The notes under the pieces: model-generated
What the model was told of the DNA's origin: nothing
Seen by the model: only the letters and a program-made list of their open reading frames with translations
Database searches by the model: none
Position numbers and translations under genes: made by a program
Origin: Myxococcota bacterium
GTDB taxonomy: Bacteria; Myxococcota_A; UBA9042; PHBI01; JAWLBL01
DNA length: 64,000 nucleotides
Assembly: GCA_041687695.1 (NCBI GenBank)
Contig: JAWLBL010000007.1
Span: 192,001 to 256,000, forward strand
Direction of reading: 5' to 3'
Shown here: positions 53,501 through 63,116 of the stretch, piece after piece
Numbering within the stretch: the stretch's first letter is position 1
Layout: every line of letters starts with the position of its first letter

Positions 53501-53531
53501 GTCACAGGTTCAAATCCTGTTGCGCCCACCA
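53501..53531 (+). repeat. attR: duplicated 3' end of tRNA-Val
   Basis: Identical to 51228-51258. Confidence 0.92.
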
Positions 53532-53534
53532 CGA

Positions 53535-53568
53535 AAGAGCCCAGGCCCTGCCTGGGCTCTTCGCGTTT
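53535..53568 (+). terminator. Terminator after attR (probable original tRNA terminator)
   Basis: aagagcccaggc-cct-gcctgggctctt followed by a T-rich run. Confidence 0.7.
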
Positions 53569-53644
53569 TAGGGCCTGGCGGGGCGGGTTGACGGGGGCGG
53601 AACGCAGGGGTGATGCTGGCTGACCTTCGCTGAAGAGGTCCGCC

Positions 53645-54793
53645 ATGTGGAAGCATCGTTCCGTCGTTGCAGGGCTGCTCGTCGTCATCGGACTCGCCGG
53701 CTGCGGCGAGGGCGCGACCGTGCGCTCCGAGCCGGCCGAGGATGCAGCGGCCGAGGAGATCGAGGGCGAGGACGTCGGGGTCGACTCCGCGACTGCTTCG
53801 GACGGGGGCGCCGACGCGCTGGCGGACGCACTATCAGAGGTCGTCGGCGACGTGGACGCGGCGCTGGAGGGGGACGCCGCGGAGCCGGCCGGGGACGCCG
53901 CGGACGCGGTGGAGGCGGGGCCAGGCGATGCTGGCCTCGACGTGCTCGAGTCCGACGCGGAGCCGGACCCCGCGACGCAGGATTCGGACGGGGACGGGGT
54001 CGTCGACGCGATGGACAACTGCCCCAAGCACCCCAACCCGCTGCAGAAGGACTCGGACCACGACGGCCTGGGCGACCCGTGCGACGGCGACCGCGACGGA
54101 GACCTCATCCCGAATGGGGACGACCTCTGCCCGGACGCCTTCGACCCCTACGACCTGAACACGGACTGCGACTCGAAGGGCAACGCCTGCGACGACGACG
54201 ACGACGACGACGGCGATGGGGTGCCCGACGGGCCCGACGACAACTGCCCGCTGACGCCCAACGTCGAGCAGACGGATAACGATCACGACGGCAAAGGGGA
54301 CGCTTGCGACGAGGACGACGACAACGACGGCGTGCTCGACGTCGAGGACGACTGCCCCTGGACCTTCAACCCGGCCCAGGACGGCCGCGTCACCTGCGCC
54401 TTCGTGGACCCCGACGGTGACGGGATCCACAGCGCGGCCGACAACTGCCCCTACGACTTCAACCCCGATCAGGCGGACTCCGACGGCGACGAGCGGGGTG
54501 ACGCCTGCGACGACTGCTGGGTGCCCTGGCCCGAGCGCTGCGGCAACGGCAAGGACGACGACGCCGACGGCGAGGTCGACGAGGGCTGCCTGTGTGACGG
54601 CGACGCCGAGTGCGCCGACGACATCCCGTGCACCGTCGATCGCTGCTACTCGCACGGGATCGGCTGCATGAGCGGATACATGAAGCCGGCCGACGCGTGC
54701 GCCTGCCAGACCGACGCCGACTGCGACGACGGCGACCCGGCGACCACCGACTGGTGCCACCCGGACGGCCTGGTCTGCCATCACACGAAGTAG
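53645..54793 (+). CDS. Thrombospondin type-3 repeat lipoprotein (Ca-binding, Cys-rich)
   Basis: Lipobox LAGC; repeated DxDxDG..DNCP..N..Q.D.D.DG.GD.C; CGNGKDDD.DG.VDEGC and DD.PCT.D.C modules. Confidence 0.9.
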   Translation: MWKHRSVVAGLLVVIGLAGCGEGATVRSEPAEDAAAEEIEGEDVGVDSATASDGGADALADALSEVVGDVDAALEGDAAEPAGDAADAVEAGPGDAGLDVLESDAEPDPATQDSDGDGVVDAMDNCPKHPNPLQKDSDHDGLGDPCDGDRDGDLIPNGDDLCPDAFDPYDLNTDCDSKGNACDDDDDDDGDGVPDGPDDNCPLTPNVEQTDNDHDGKGDACDEDDDNDGVLDVEDDCPWTFNPAQDGRVTCAFVDPDGDGIHSAADNCPYDFNPDQADSDGDERGDACDDCWVPWPERCGNGKDDDADGEVDEGCLCDGDAECADDIPCTVDRCYSHGIGCMSGYMKPADACACQTDADCDDGDPATTDWCHPDGLVCHHTK

Positions 54794-54833
54794 GCCCTCG
54801 GTCGCCTGCCGATCGGCAAGAGCCCCGCTGGTC

Positions 54834-55110
54834 CGGGTGGTGGACCACCGGGTCGAGGCCCTGGGAGGGGGGCGACGGGTGGTGGACCACCGGGTCGAGG
54901 GCCTTGGGAGGGCGAAGGACGGGTGGTCGACCATCGGGTCGAGGGCCTTGGGAGGGCGGAGGACGGGTGGAAGACCACCGGGTCGAGGGCCTTGGGAGGG
55001 CGGAGGACGGGTGGTGGACCACCGGGTCGAGGGCCTTGGGAGGGCGAAGGACGGGTGGTGGACCACCGGGTGGGGGCCTTCGGGACGTCTTGCCCGGTGG
55101 TCGACCACCT
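54834..55110. repeat. Tandem array of ~44-bp units with a palindromic core
   Basis: Units start at 54834, 54876, 54920, 54964, 55008, 55052 with a partial near 55095; consensus cgggtggtggaccaccgggtcgagggccttgggagggcgaagga. Confidence 0.92.
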
Positions 55111-55241
55111 CGCGGGGCCCCCTGGAGGGGGGCGGAGAGCCCTTGGAGGACGAGGGCGGGGCCCGCTGAACGGGGATTGTGAAGAAGTCTTAATGGAAGG
55201 CTTCATGACGGCGGGCCGGGGCGTGGGCAGGCTGCGGCGCC

Positions 55242-56537
55242 ATGAGCGCGTGGCGTGGGACATTGCTGCTGGGTCTTCTGTTGGCGCTGACGGCGGCCGC
55301 GGGCGACGCGGTCCGGGCCGCGCCGCCGGGGCCGGCCGCCGAGCCGTTGACCTGGGAGGCGCTCTTGCCGGTGGCCGGGGCGATCTTCGAGGCCGGGCCG
55401 GGCAGGGCGGGGGCCGTGGAGGCCGAGGGGCTGAGCCGGGCCGCGCGCGTGGTGCCTGGGCGGCTCCTGGCGCTGGACGCCTCGGGCGGCGCCGATGCGC
55501 GCCTGGGCGGTGGCAGCGGCCACGGCGTCGAGGCCTCGCTCGCCGCCGCGCTGGTTTTGCAGCTGGGGCGCGCGCCGGAGCTGGGGCGGCGGGCCTGGTC
55601 GGCGCGGGCCGAGGCGGCGACGGCGCGCCAGGAGCTGGCCCGCTGGGAGTTCGTGTCGCAGGTCGCGGACGCCTGGGTCGCCTGGTGGGCCGCCAAGGCG
55701 GTCTCCGAGCAGCTGCACGAGCACCGGCAGCAGCTCGACGGCTATCTGGCGCCGCTGCGGCAGGCCGCGCGCAGCCAGGCGGTGAGCCGCGTGCTGGTGA
55801 GCGATCTGGAGGCCGAGCTGGCGCGGGTCGACGCCCAGGCGGCGGTCGCGCGGCGCGAGGCGGCCAGCGAGGCCGCGGGGCTGCAGGCGCTGCTGGGCCG
55901 GCCGGTGACGCTGCCGGAGACCGCCCAGGCCGAGGTCGGCCGCGCGCTGGCCGAGGACGACCCCTGGCGGGCGGTGCTGGCCGGCCTCGAGGCGCACCCG
56001 GCGCTGCGCTCGCTCGACCGCGAGGCCGAGGCCGCCCGCGCCGAGGCGGACGCCCTGGGCGCGGCCACGGCGCCGACCTTGAGCGTGGGCGTGACCGGGC
56101 GCGAAGAGGGCGACGAGGGCACCTGGGGCGGCCTGATGGTCGGGCTGAGCGTGCCCCTGGCGGACCCCAACGCGCCCGAGGTCGCGCGCCTGCGCAGCGA
56201 GGCGATGGCGGCCGAGGCGGAGCGCCGCTGGCGGGGGCAGGCGCTGCGGGCCGAGGCCCGGGCGGCCTCGCAGCGCTTCGAGGCGCTGGCCGAGCAGCAC
56301 CGTGAGCTGGGGCGCCTGCTGCTGGAGCCGCTGGAGCGGCGGGTGGCGCTGTTCGAGGAGGCGCTGGCCTCGGGGCAGGTCTCGCTCGACCAGGTGATCC
56401 GCGCCCGCCGTGACCTGCAGGACGCCCTGCAGGCGCGGGTGGCCACGCGGGCCGAGCTGATGCGGCACGCGGCGCGCGGGCGGGCGACGGCCGCCCTCAT
56501 GGCGTCGACGGCGCCGACCGACGGGAGCGAACGATGA
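55242..56537 (+). CDS. TolC/CzcC-like outer-membrane efflux protein
   Basis: Signal peptide, helical repeats, HP.L, P.LSVG, GLSVPL, GQVSL; first gene of the RND operon. Confidence 0.8.
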   Translation: MSAWRGTLLLGLLLALTAAAGDAVRAAPPGPAAEPLTWEALLPVAGAIFEAGPGRAGAVEAEGLSRAARVVPGRLLALDASGGADARLGGGSGHGVEASLAAALVLQLGRAPELGRRAWSARAEAATARQELARWEFVSQVADAWVAWWAAKAVSEQLHEHRQQLDGYLAPLRQAARSQAVSRVLVSDLEAELARVDAQAAVARREAASEAAGLQALLGRPVTLPETAQAEVGRALAEDDPWRAVLAGLEAHPALRSLDREAEAARAEADALGAATAPTLSVGVTGREEGDEGTWGGLMVGLSVPLADPNAPEVARLRSEAMAAEAERRWRGQALRAEARAASQRFEALAEQHRELGRLLLEPLERRVALFEEALASGQVSLDQVIRARRDLQDALQARVATRAELMRHAARGRATAALMASTAPTDGSER

Positions 56538-57679
56538 CGAGATGGCGCGGAGCGCTGAGCGCGCTGACCCTGGGGCTGTGGGCGTGGGGCGCGGGGGCGG
56601 CTTGTGGGCCGGCCGAGGCCAGCGTCGGCCAGCCCGAGGCGACCCCGGCCTCGACCCTGGGGCAGCGCATCGTCACCTCCGAGGCCCAGCCGGCGCCCGA
56701 GACCACGCTGGTCACCCTGCCGGCCGAGGTGGTCGTGCCCTCGCACGCCGTCCAGGCGCTGGGGCCGCCGCTGCCCGGCCGCCTGACGCGCTGGCACGTG
56801 ACGGTTGGCGCCCAGGTCCGCGCCGGCGCGCCGCTGGCCGAGCTGACCAGCCCCGAGCTGGCCGACCTCGAGGCCGCCGAGGCCGAGCTGGCGCGCGTCG
56901 TGCGCGACCGCCGGCGCATCCTGGGCAAGCAGCGCCAGCACGTCGCGACCGGGATGCAGCCCGTCCAGTCGAGCTACGAGGCCGAGCTGGCCCTCGGCGA
57001 GGCCGAAGCGCGCCTGGGCGCGGTGCGCAAGCAGCTCGAGGCGCGCCGGACGCTGTCGGCCCACGGACCGGGCATGACCTGGACCTGGACCGCCCCGGCG
57101 GCGGGCGTCGTCCGCGAGATCTCCTGCGCGCTCGGCGCCACGGTCGGCGCCGAGGTCGCCTGCGTCACCCTGCTCGACGCCTCGGCGGCCGAGCTGCGGG
57201 TGCGCGTCCCCGAGCGCCACACCGGCCGCCTCGGACCCGAGACCCGCCTCACCTGGCAGCCGACCGCCGCCTGGCCCGACGCCCTCGCGCTCGACCTGCA
57301 GCTGAGCCGCCTGGACCCGGTGGTCGACCCGCGCAGCCGCACCCGCGCGGCCTTCTTCACCCCCGGCCCCGAGGCCGCCGACGCTGCGCGCTGGATGGTC
57401 GTCGGCGCCACCGGCCCCGCCGCGCTGCGTGCGCCGGCCGAGGCGGGGGCCGTCCTGGTGCCCGCGGCGGCGCTGACCCGCATCGACGGCCAGCCCGCCG
57501 TGCTCGTCGCCGCGCCGGGCGCCGCCCCCGACGCCGCCCGCCCGCTGACCGTCTCGGTGCTCGGCCGCAGCGACGCCGGCGTCGTGGTCCGCGGCGACCC
57601 GCTGGCCCCCGGGGCCTCGGTCGTCACCCGCGGCGTCTTCCTGCTCAAGAGCGTCCTGCTGCTCGAGGACGAGGACTGA
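56534..57679 (+). CDS. RND periplasmic adaptor (CzcB-like)
   Basis: Lipoyl-like VG.QV..G.PL, APAAGVV, VDPRSRT, VP..AL, VVTRG.F.LKS. Confidence 0.85.
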   Translation: MTRWRGALSALTLGLWAWGAGAACGPAEASVGQPEATPASTLGQRIVTSEAQPAPETTLVTLPAEVVVPSHAVQALGPPLPGRLTRWHVTVGAQVRAGAPLAELTSPELADLEAAEAELARVVRDRRRILGKQRQHVATGMQPVQSSYEAELALGEAEARLGAVRKQLEARRTLSAHGPGMTWTWTAPAAGVVREISCALGATVGAEVACVTLLDASAAELRVRVPERHTGRLGPETRLTWQPTAAWPDALALDLQLSRLDPVVDPRSRTRAAFFTPGPEAADAARWMVVGATGPAALRAPAEAGAVLVPAAALTRIDGQPAVLVAAPGAAPDAARPLTVSVLGRSDAGVVVRGDPLAPGASVVTRGVFLLKSVLLLEDED

Positions 57680-57682
57680 CCG

Positions 57683-60600
57683 ATGGATCGCCTGCTCGAG
57701 GCCCTGGTCCGCGCGTCGGTCCGCAACCGCTTCTTCGTGCTGGCCGGCACCCTGGTCTTCGCGGCCTTCGGCGCCTGGTCCTTCCACACGATGACCTTCG
57801 ACGCCTTCCCGGACCTCACCAACGTGCAGGTCCAGGTGGTCACCGCCTCGCCGGGGATGGCCTCGTCCGAGGTCGAGATGCTGGTCACCGTCCCCATCGA
57901 GCGCTCGCTGGGGGGCCTGCCGGGGGTGCAGCAGGTCCGCAGCCTGTCGCGCGCGGGCGTGTCGGCCATCACCGTGGTCTTCGAGGACGGCACCGACCCC
58001 TGGCTGGCCCGCCAGCTCACCAAGGAGCGGCTCGATCTGGCGCGCGGCGACATCCCGCCCGAGGCCGGCACCCCCGAGCTGGGCCCGCCCTCGACGGGGC
58101 TGGGCGAGGTCTACCAGTTCACCCTCGCCAGCGACCGGCACCCCATGCCCGAGCTGTACCGCATCTTCGAGCGCGACGTCGCCCCGCGCCTGCGCACGGT
58201 CGACGGGGTGGTCGAGGTCAACGCCTGGGGCGCGGGGGCGCCGCAGCTCCACGTGCGGGTCGACCCGTTCCGGCTCGCCGCGCTGGGCCTGCCCCTGCCC
58301 GAGGTCCACGAGGCGGTCCGGGCGGCGCTGGGCGTCCAGCCCGGCGGCGCCGTGGGGGCCGGCGCCGAGCAGATCCTGGTCCGCGGCGTCGCCAACCCGC
58401 TGGACCCCGAGCGCCTGGGCGAGGTCCCCATCCCGCTGCCGGGCGACGGGGCGGGCTCCGTCCCCCTGCGCGACGTCGCCGACATCGAGCTGGCCGGCGC
58501 CCTCACCGTCGGCCTCGGCTCGGCCCAGGGCGAGGGCGAGCGCCTGTTCGCCATGGTGCAGCTCCTCGCCGGCGCCGACGCCCGCCGCGTGGTCGCCGAG
58601 GTCCGCGAGCGCGTCGCGGCCGTCGAGGCCAGCCTCCCCGACGGCGTCCACCTCGACACGGCCTACGACCGCGACAAGCTGGTCTCCAGCACCCTGGGCA
58701 CCATCGCCAAGTCGCTCGCCGAAGGCGGCGCCCTGGTCATCCTGGTGCTGCTCGTGCTGCTCGGCGATCTGCGGGCGGGCCTGCTGGTCGCCTCGGTCAT
58801 CCCGCTCGCCATGCTCGGCGCCTTCGCCGGCATGCGCTACCTGGGTTTCTCCGGCAACCTGATGTCGCTCGGCGCCATCGACTTCGGCCTCATCGTCGAC
58901 GGCACCATCGTCGTCACCGAGAGCATCGTCGCCCTGCACCTGACCGAGCTGGGCGCCCGCGGCCACCTGGGCCCCGCCATCGTCGCCCGGGCGCGGCGCG
59001 TCGCGCGCCCCGTGGTCTTCGCCGTCGGCGTGCTGCTCCTCGTCTACACGCCCATCCTCCTGCTCGGCGGCACCGAGGGGAAGCTCTTCCGCCCCATGGC
59101 GGTCACGGTGCTGCTCGCCCTCGCCACCGCGCTCGTCCTCACCTTCACCTACGTGCCCGCCCTCGCGACGCTCCTGCTGCGCCCCCACGGCGAGCGCCAG
59201 ACCTGGGTCGAGCGGCAGCTCGCGCGCCTGTACGCCCCGGTGGTCACGCGGGCGGTCCGCCGCCCCGCCGGCCCGGTCGTGCTCGCCCTCGCCGTGGTGG
59301 CCGTCAGCGGCGTCGCCGGCACCCGCCTGGGCCTCGAGTTCGTCCCGCGCCTCGAGGAGGGCGATCTCGTCCTGCAGACCGCGCGCCTGCCCTCGCTCAC
59401 GCCCGAGCAGGCCCTGCGCGAGAACACCCGCATCGAGCGCGTCCTGCGCGGCTTCCCCGAGGTCCTGCACGTCGCCACCCGCACCGGCTCGCCCGCCGTC
59501 GCCACCGACCCCATGGGCCTCGAGGAGTCGGATATGCTCATCACCCTGGCGCCGCGCGACCGCTTCACCACCGCCCAGACCACCGAGGACCTGGTCGAGG
59601 CCATGGCCCGCCGCGTCGAGGCCGAGGCGCCGGGCGCCCTGCTCACCTTCACCCAGCCCATCGAGATGCGCTTCAACGAGATGCTCGAGGGCATCACCAG
59701 CGACGTCGGCGTCATCGTCTACGGCCAGGATCTGGAGGTCCTGATGGCGGTGGCGCGCGAGGTCGCCGCCGCCCTCGCCGCCATCCCAGGGGCCGCCGAC
59801 GTGAAGCTGCCCTCCTTGGAGGGGGTGCCGGGCCTGGACGTCGAGGTGCGCCAGGCGGACGCCGCCCGGGTCGGCCTGTCCGCCGAGGCCGTGCTCGACC
59901 TGGTCGCGGACTTGAAGCGCGGCACCGAGGTCGGGCTCGTCACCCGGGGCCAGTTCCGCGACGCGGTGGTGGTCACCCTGGATCTGCCGCCCGAGCTGCC
60001 CATCGCGCAGATCCCCGTGGTGCTGCCCGAGGGCGGCGCCGTCCCGCTCGAAGAGGTGGCCGACGTCCGCGAGGTCTCCGCCCCCGCCAACATCCAGCGT
60101 GAGGCGGGCAGCCGCCGCGTCATCGTGCAGGCCAACGTGCGCGGCCGCGATCTGGGCAGCTTCGTCCAGCAGGCGCAGGCCCGCGTCGGCGCCCTGACGC
60201 TGCCCGAGGGGACCTGGATCGACTGGAGCGGCCAGTACGAGCAGCTACGCGACGCCGCCGTGCGCACCGGGATCCTCATCCCCGCCGTGCTGTTCCTCAT
60301 CCTGGGCGTGCTCTACGTCACCTTCCACAGCTGGCGCGCGGCCCTGCTCATCTTCCTCAACGTCCCGGTGGCCATCTCGGGGGGCGTCCTGGCCCTGTGG
60401 GCGCGCGATCTGCCGCTGTCCATGAGCGCCGTGGTCGGCTTCATCGCCCTGTTCGGCATCGCGGTGATGAACGGCATCGTCCTGCTCAGCCGCACCCGCG
60501 AGCTCCACACGGGCGAAGGCGCCGAGGGGCGCGACGGCGCGCGCGCGGCCTTGGCGAGCGCCCTCGAGCGCTTCCGCCCGGTGGTCATGACCGCCGCGGT

Positions 60601-60802
60601 CGCCGGCATCGGCTTCGTGCCGATGGCCGTCGCCACGGGGATGGGCGCCGAGGTGCAGAGGCCCCTGGCGACCGTGGTCATCGGCGGCCTCGTCACCTGC
60701 ACCGGGCTGACCCTGGTGGTGCTGCCCGCGGTCTACGCGCGGGTGTTCGCCCGAGACGACCGCGTCGAGGCGGGGCGGGCGGCGGCGGCGGCGGTGGGGT
60801 GA
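57683..60802 (+). CDS. CzcA/CusA-family heavy-metal RND permease
   Basis: DAFPDLTNVQVQV, LGEVYQF, NLMSLGAIDFG, EGKLFRPMA, QPIEMRFNE, GAEVQRPLATVVIGG. Confidence 0.94.
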   Translation: MDRLLEALVRASVRNRFFVLAGTLVFAAFGAWSFHTMTFDAFPDLTNVQVQVVTASPGMASSEVEMLVTVPIERSLGGLPGVQQVRSLSRAGVSAITVVFEDGTDPWLARQLTKERLDLARGDIPPEAGTPELGPPSTGLGEVYQFTLASDRHPMPELYRIFERDVAPRLRTVDGVVEVNAWGAGAPQLHVRVDPFRLAALGLPLPEVHEAVRAALGVQPGGAVGAGAEQILVRGVANPLDPERLGEVPIPLPGDGAGSVPLRDVADIELAGALTVGLGSAQGEGERLFAMVQLLAGADARRVVAEVRERVAAVEASLPDGVHLDTAYDRDKLVSSTLGTIAKSLAEGGALVILVLLVLLGDLRAGLLVASVIPLAMLGAFAGMRYLGFSGNLMSLGAIDFGLIVDGTIVVTESIVALHLTELGARGHLGPAIVARARRVARPVVFAVGVLLLVYTPILLLGGTEGKLFRPMAVTVLLALATALVLTFTYVPALATLLLRPHGERQTWVERQLARLYAPVVTRAVRRPAGPVVLALAVVAVSGVAGTRLGLEFVPRLEEGDLVLQTARLPSLTPEQALRENTRIERVLRGFPEVLHVATRTGSPAVATDPMGLEESDMLITLAPRDRFTTAQTTEDLVEAMARRVEAEAPGALLTFTQPIEMRFNEMLEGITSDVGVIVYGQDLEVLMAVAREVAAALAAIPGAADVKLPSLEGVPGLDVEVRQADAARVGLSAEAVLDLVADLKRGTEVGLVTRGQFRDAVVVTLDLPPELPIAQIPVVLPEGGAVPLEEVADVREVSAPANIQREAGSRRVIVQANVRGRDLGSFVQQAQARVGALTLPEGTWIDWSGQYEQLRDAAVRTGILIPAVLFLILGVLYVTFHSWRAALLIFLNVPVAISGGVLALWARDLPLSMSAVVGFIALFGIAVMNGIVLLSRTRELHTGEGAEGRDGARAALASALERFRPVVMTAAVAGIGFVPMAVATGMGAEVQRPLATVVIGGLVTCTGLTLVVLPAVYARVFARDDRVEAGRAAAAAVG

Positions 60803-60915
60803 TGGAGGCGGACGGGGCTGCGCCCGAGTCGTGCACGCCGGCCCGCGATGGGGCATCTTGCGCGGCGGCGGCGCCCCCCTCCCCGAACGACGAGCGCCGC
60901 CCGGAGGACGCTCCC

Positions 60916-61617
60916 GTGCTGGCCCTCATCGTCGAAGACGACCCCCGCGTCGCCCGGTTCCTGGTGCGCGGCCTGCAAGAGGAGGGGTTCGTGGTCGACG
61001 TGTGCGAGCGGGGCGACGAGGCGGCGGCCCAGGGCCTGAGGCAGCCTTACGACGTCGTGCTGCTCGACTGGAACCTGCCCGGGCTCGACGGCCTGTCGGT
61101 CCTGCGGGGCTGGCGCGAGCGTGGCCTCGAGGCGCCGATCATCGTCCTGACCGCGCGATCGGGGGTCGATCCCACCGTGCTGGCCCTCGGCGCCGGCGCC
61201 GACGACTACATGACCAAGCCGTTCAGCTTCGAGGAGCTGCTGGCCCGGGTGCGCGTCCAGCTCCGGCGCCGCGCCCTGCCGGCGACGGCGGACGCCCAGA
61301 TCGCCATCGGGCGGGCCCGCCTGGACGCGCGTCGGCGCACCGTAGAGCGGGGCGGGGCGGTCGAGGCGCTCACCAACCGCGAGTTCCAGCTGCTCGACCT
61401 CTTCCTGCGCCACCGCGGCGAGGTGCTCAGCCGGACCCGCATCCTGGACCGGGTGTGGGGCGTCGACGCCGACCCGAGCACCAACGTCGTCGACGTGCAC
61501 GTCTGTCACCTGCGCGCCAAGCTCGACGACCCCGCCGAGGCCGGCGCTCCCACGGCCATCGAGACCGTGCGCGGGCGCGGCTACCGCCTCCGCACCGAGG
61601 AGGAGCTGGCGCCTTGA
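60916..61617 (+). CDS. OmpR-family response regulator
   Basis: IVEDD, LLDWNLP, GADDYMTKPF, NVVDVHV, ETVRGRGY; GGAGGA SD before GTG 60916 (alternative ATG 60802). Confidence 0.93.
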   Translation: MLALIVEDDPRVARFLVRGLQEEGFVVDVCERGDEAAAQGLRQPYDVVLLDWNLPGLDGLSVLRGWRERGLEAPIIVLTARSGVDPTVLALGAGADDYMTKPFSFEELLARVRVQLRRRALPATADAQIAIGRARLDARRRTVERGGAVEALTNREFQLLDLFLRHRGEVLSRTRILDRVWGVDADPSTNVVDVHVCHLRAKLDDPAEAGAPTAIETVRGRGYRLRTEEELAP

Positions 61618-63068
61618 GCCCGCCTCGACCGCCGCGTCGCCCGCTCGGTCGCCTCGTAGTCTGGGGCTCGGCCGGCATCGCGGCCACCACGGCCTTGGTG
61701 GTCGCTGGCGTGATGCTGGCGCTGCTCCATGCCCAGGTGCACCACCAGACCGACGAGCTGCTGGTCCAGATGACCACCGCCGAGGCGAGGCGCATTCTGG
61801 ACGGGCCGCCCGACGAGCCGATCAGCGCCGACGAGGCGGCGATCCCCCTGCCGGGCCTCGAAGGTCCGCCGGTCGCGCGCTCCGAGGCGGTCTTCGACGC
61901 CGACTGCCGCCCGCTCGCGACCAGCCCCGACCTGTCGGGCCGCCCCCTGTCCAGCGCCCTGTGCCGCGCCCCGCTCGCCGTGGCCGGCCCCCGCGTCCTC
62001 GACCTCGACGACGGCCCGGAGGTCAGCCTCCGCGGCGCCGTCCTGGCGGTCGCGGCCCCGCAGCGCGCGCCGGACGGCGCCCTGGGGGTCTTCGTCGGCG
62101 TCGACCACGCGCGCATCGACGAGTCCACCTGGCTCTCCTTCCGCTTCGGCCTCGTGGTCTCGGTGCTGCTCGTGCTGGGCGTCGGCTTCGGGGCCGCGGC
62201 GGTCGCGCGTCGCCTGACCCGCGATCTCACCCACCTGGGCGGCGCCGCCACCGAGCTCATCGCCCGCGGCGGTGACGTGGCCGGCCTGCGCGCCGCGGCC
62301 GAGCGCTTCACGGTCTCCGGCGCCGCGCCCGCCGAGGTGGCCGCCCTCGCGACCACGCTCAACGCGCTGGTGACGCGCCTGGCCCGAGCGCTGGACGCCC
62401 AGGCCCGCTTCGTCGCCGAGGCGGCCCACGAGCTGCGCACGCCGCTGACCGCCCTGCGCGGCGAGCTCGAGGTCGCCCTACGCCGCGACCGTTCCAAGGA
62501 CGAGTACCGGGCCGCCCTGGAGGACGCGGCCACCGACGCGCGGCGCCTGTCGGATCTCGCCGAGCACCTGCTCGAGGCCGCGTCGGCCCGCTCGGACGCG
62601 CTGCCGGTCGCCGAGGCGCCCCTGCGCCCGCTGGTCGAGGCCAGCCTGGCGCGGCTGGCGCGCACCCTGAGCGACGCGGGCGTGGACGCGACCCTGGTCG
62701 ACGAGGCGCCCGACCTCGCGGCCGAGCTCCACGCCCTGTCGACCTCGCGCATCCTGGAGAACCTGCTGCAGAACGCGGCCCTGCACGCCGCGCCGGCCCG
62801 GCTGGCCGTCCGGATCGCCCCGGGGCCGCCCGGCTGGGTCGACGTCGTGCTGACCGACGACGGGCCGGGGGTCGCGCCCGACGTCGCCGAGCACCTCTTC
62901 ACCCCCTTCGTGCGTGCGGGTCACGGGCGGGGGCACGGCCTGGGCCTGACCATCGCCCGGGATCTGGCCCGGCGGCAGGGCGGCGAGCTGACGCACGAGG
63001 TCCCCGAAGGCGGCCGCGGCACGCGCTGGCGGCTGCGGCTCCGGGCGCCAAACGGGGCCCAGGCCTGA
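61614..63068 (+). CDS. Sensor histidine kinase
   Basis: Two TM segments, HAMP, AAHELRTPL, NLLQNA, DDGPG, GHGLGL; TTG overlaps the regulator stop. Confidence 0.92.
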   Translation: MSPPRPPRRPLGRLVVWGSAGIAATTALVVAGVMLALLHAQVHHQTDELLVQMTTAEARRILDGPPDEPISADEAAIPLPGLEGPPVARSEAVFDADCRPLATSPDLSGRPLSSALCRAPLAVAGPRVLDLDDGPEVSLRGAVLAVAAPQRAPDGALGVFVGVDHARIDESTWLSFRFGLVVSVLLVLGVGFGAAAVARRLTRDLTHLGGAATELIARGGDVAGLRAAAERFTVSGAAPAEVAALATTLNALVTRLARALDAQARFVAEAAHELRTPLTALRGELEVALRRDRSKDEYRAALEDAATDARRLSDLAEHLLEAASARSDALPVAEAPLRPLVEASLARLARTLSDAGVDATLVDEAPDLAAELHALSTSRILENLLQNAALHAAPARLAVRIAPGPPGWVDVVLTDDGPGVAPDVAEHLFTPFVRAGHGRGHGLGLTIARDLARRQGGELTHEVPEGGRGTRWRLRLRAPNGAQA

Positions 63069-63116
63069 GAGAGGCCGCCGACGCCGCGTGCGCCGGCGGC
63101 CCCTTTGCGCCGAGCG

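Larger units (their letters stand above)
51228..53531. mobile_element. Minimal tRNA-integrated island with attL/attR
   Basis: Exact 31-bp direct repeat gtcacaggttcaaatcctgttgcgcccacca at 51228-51258 and 53501-53531; atypical codon usage inside; no integrase. Confidence 0.85.

Noticed and set aside
53501..53531. Additional tRNA gene
   Set aside because: Only the T-arm and acceptor 3' strand are present; it is attR
54834..55110. CRISPR array or repeat-protein ORFs
   Set aside because: Head-to-tail units without unique spacers; the 44-bp period shifts frame, so ORFs here are repeat by-products
55742..59470. Long antisense or off-frame ORFs here and throughout (e.g. 6147-9284, 16947-20006, 21738-25061)
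   Set aside because: Shadow ORFs caused by high GC3 and stop-codon scarcity opposite well-supported genes
55242..63068. Novel efflux system
   Set aside because: Canonical CzcCBA-like plus two-component arrangement; no mobility signs seen
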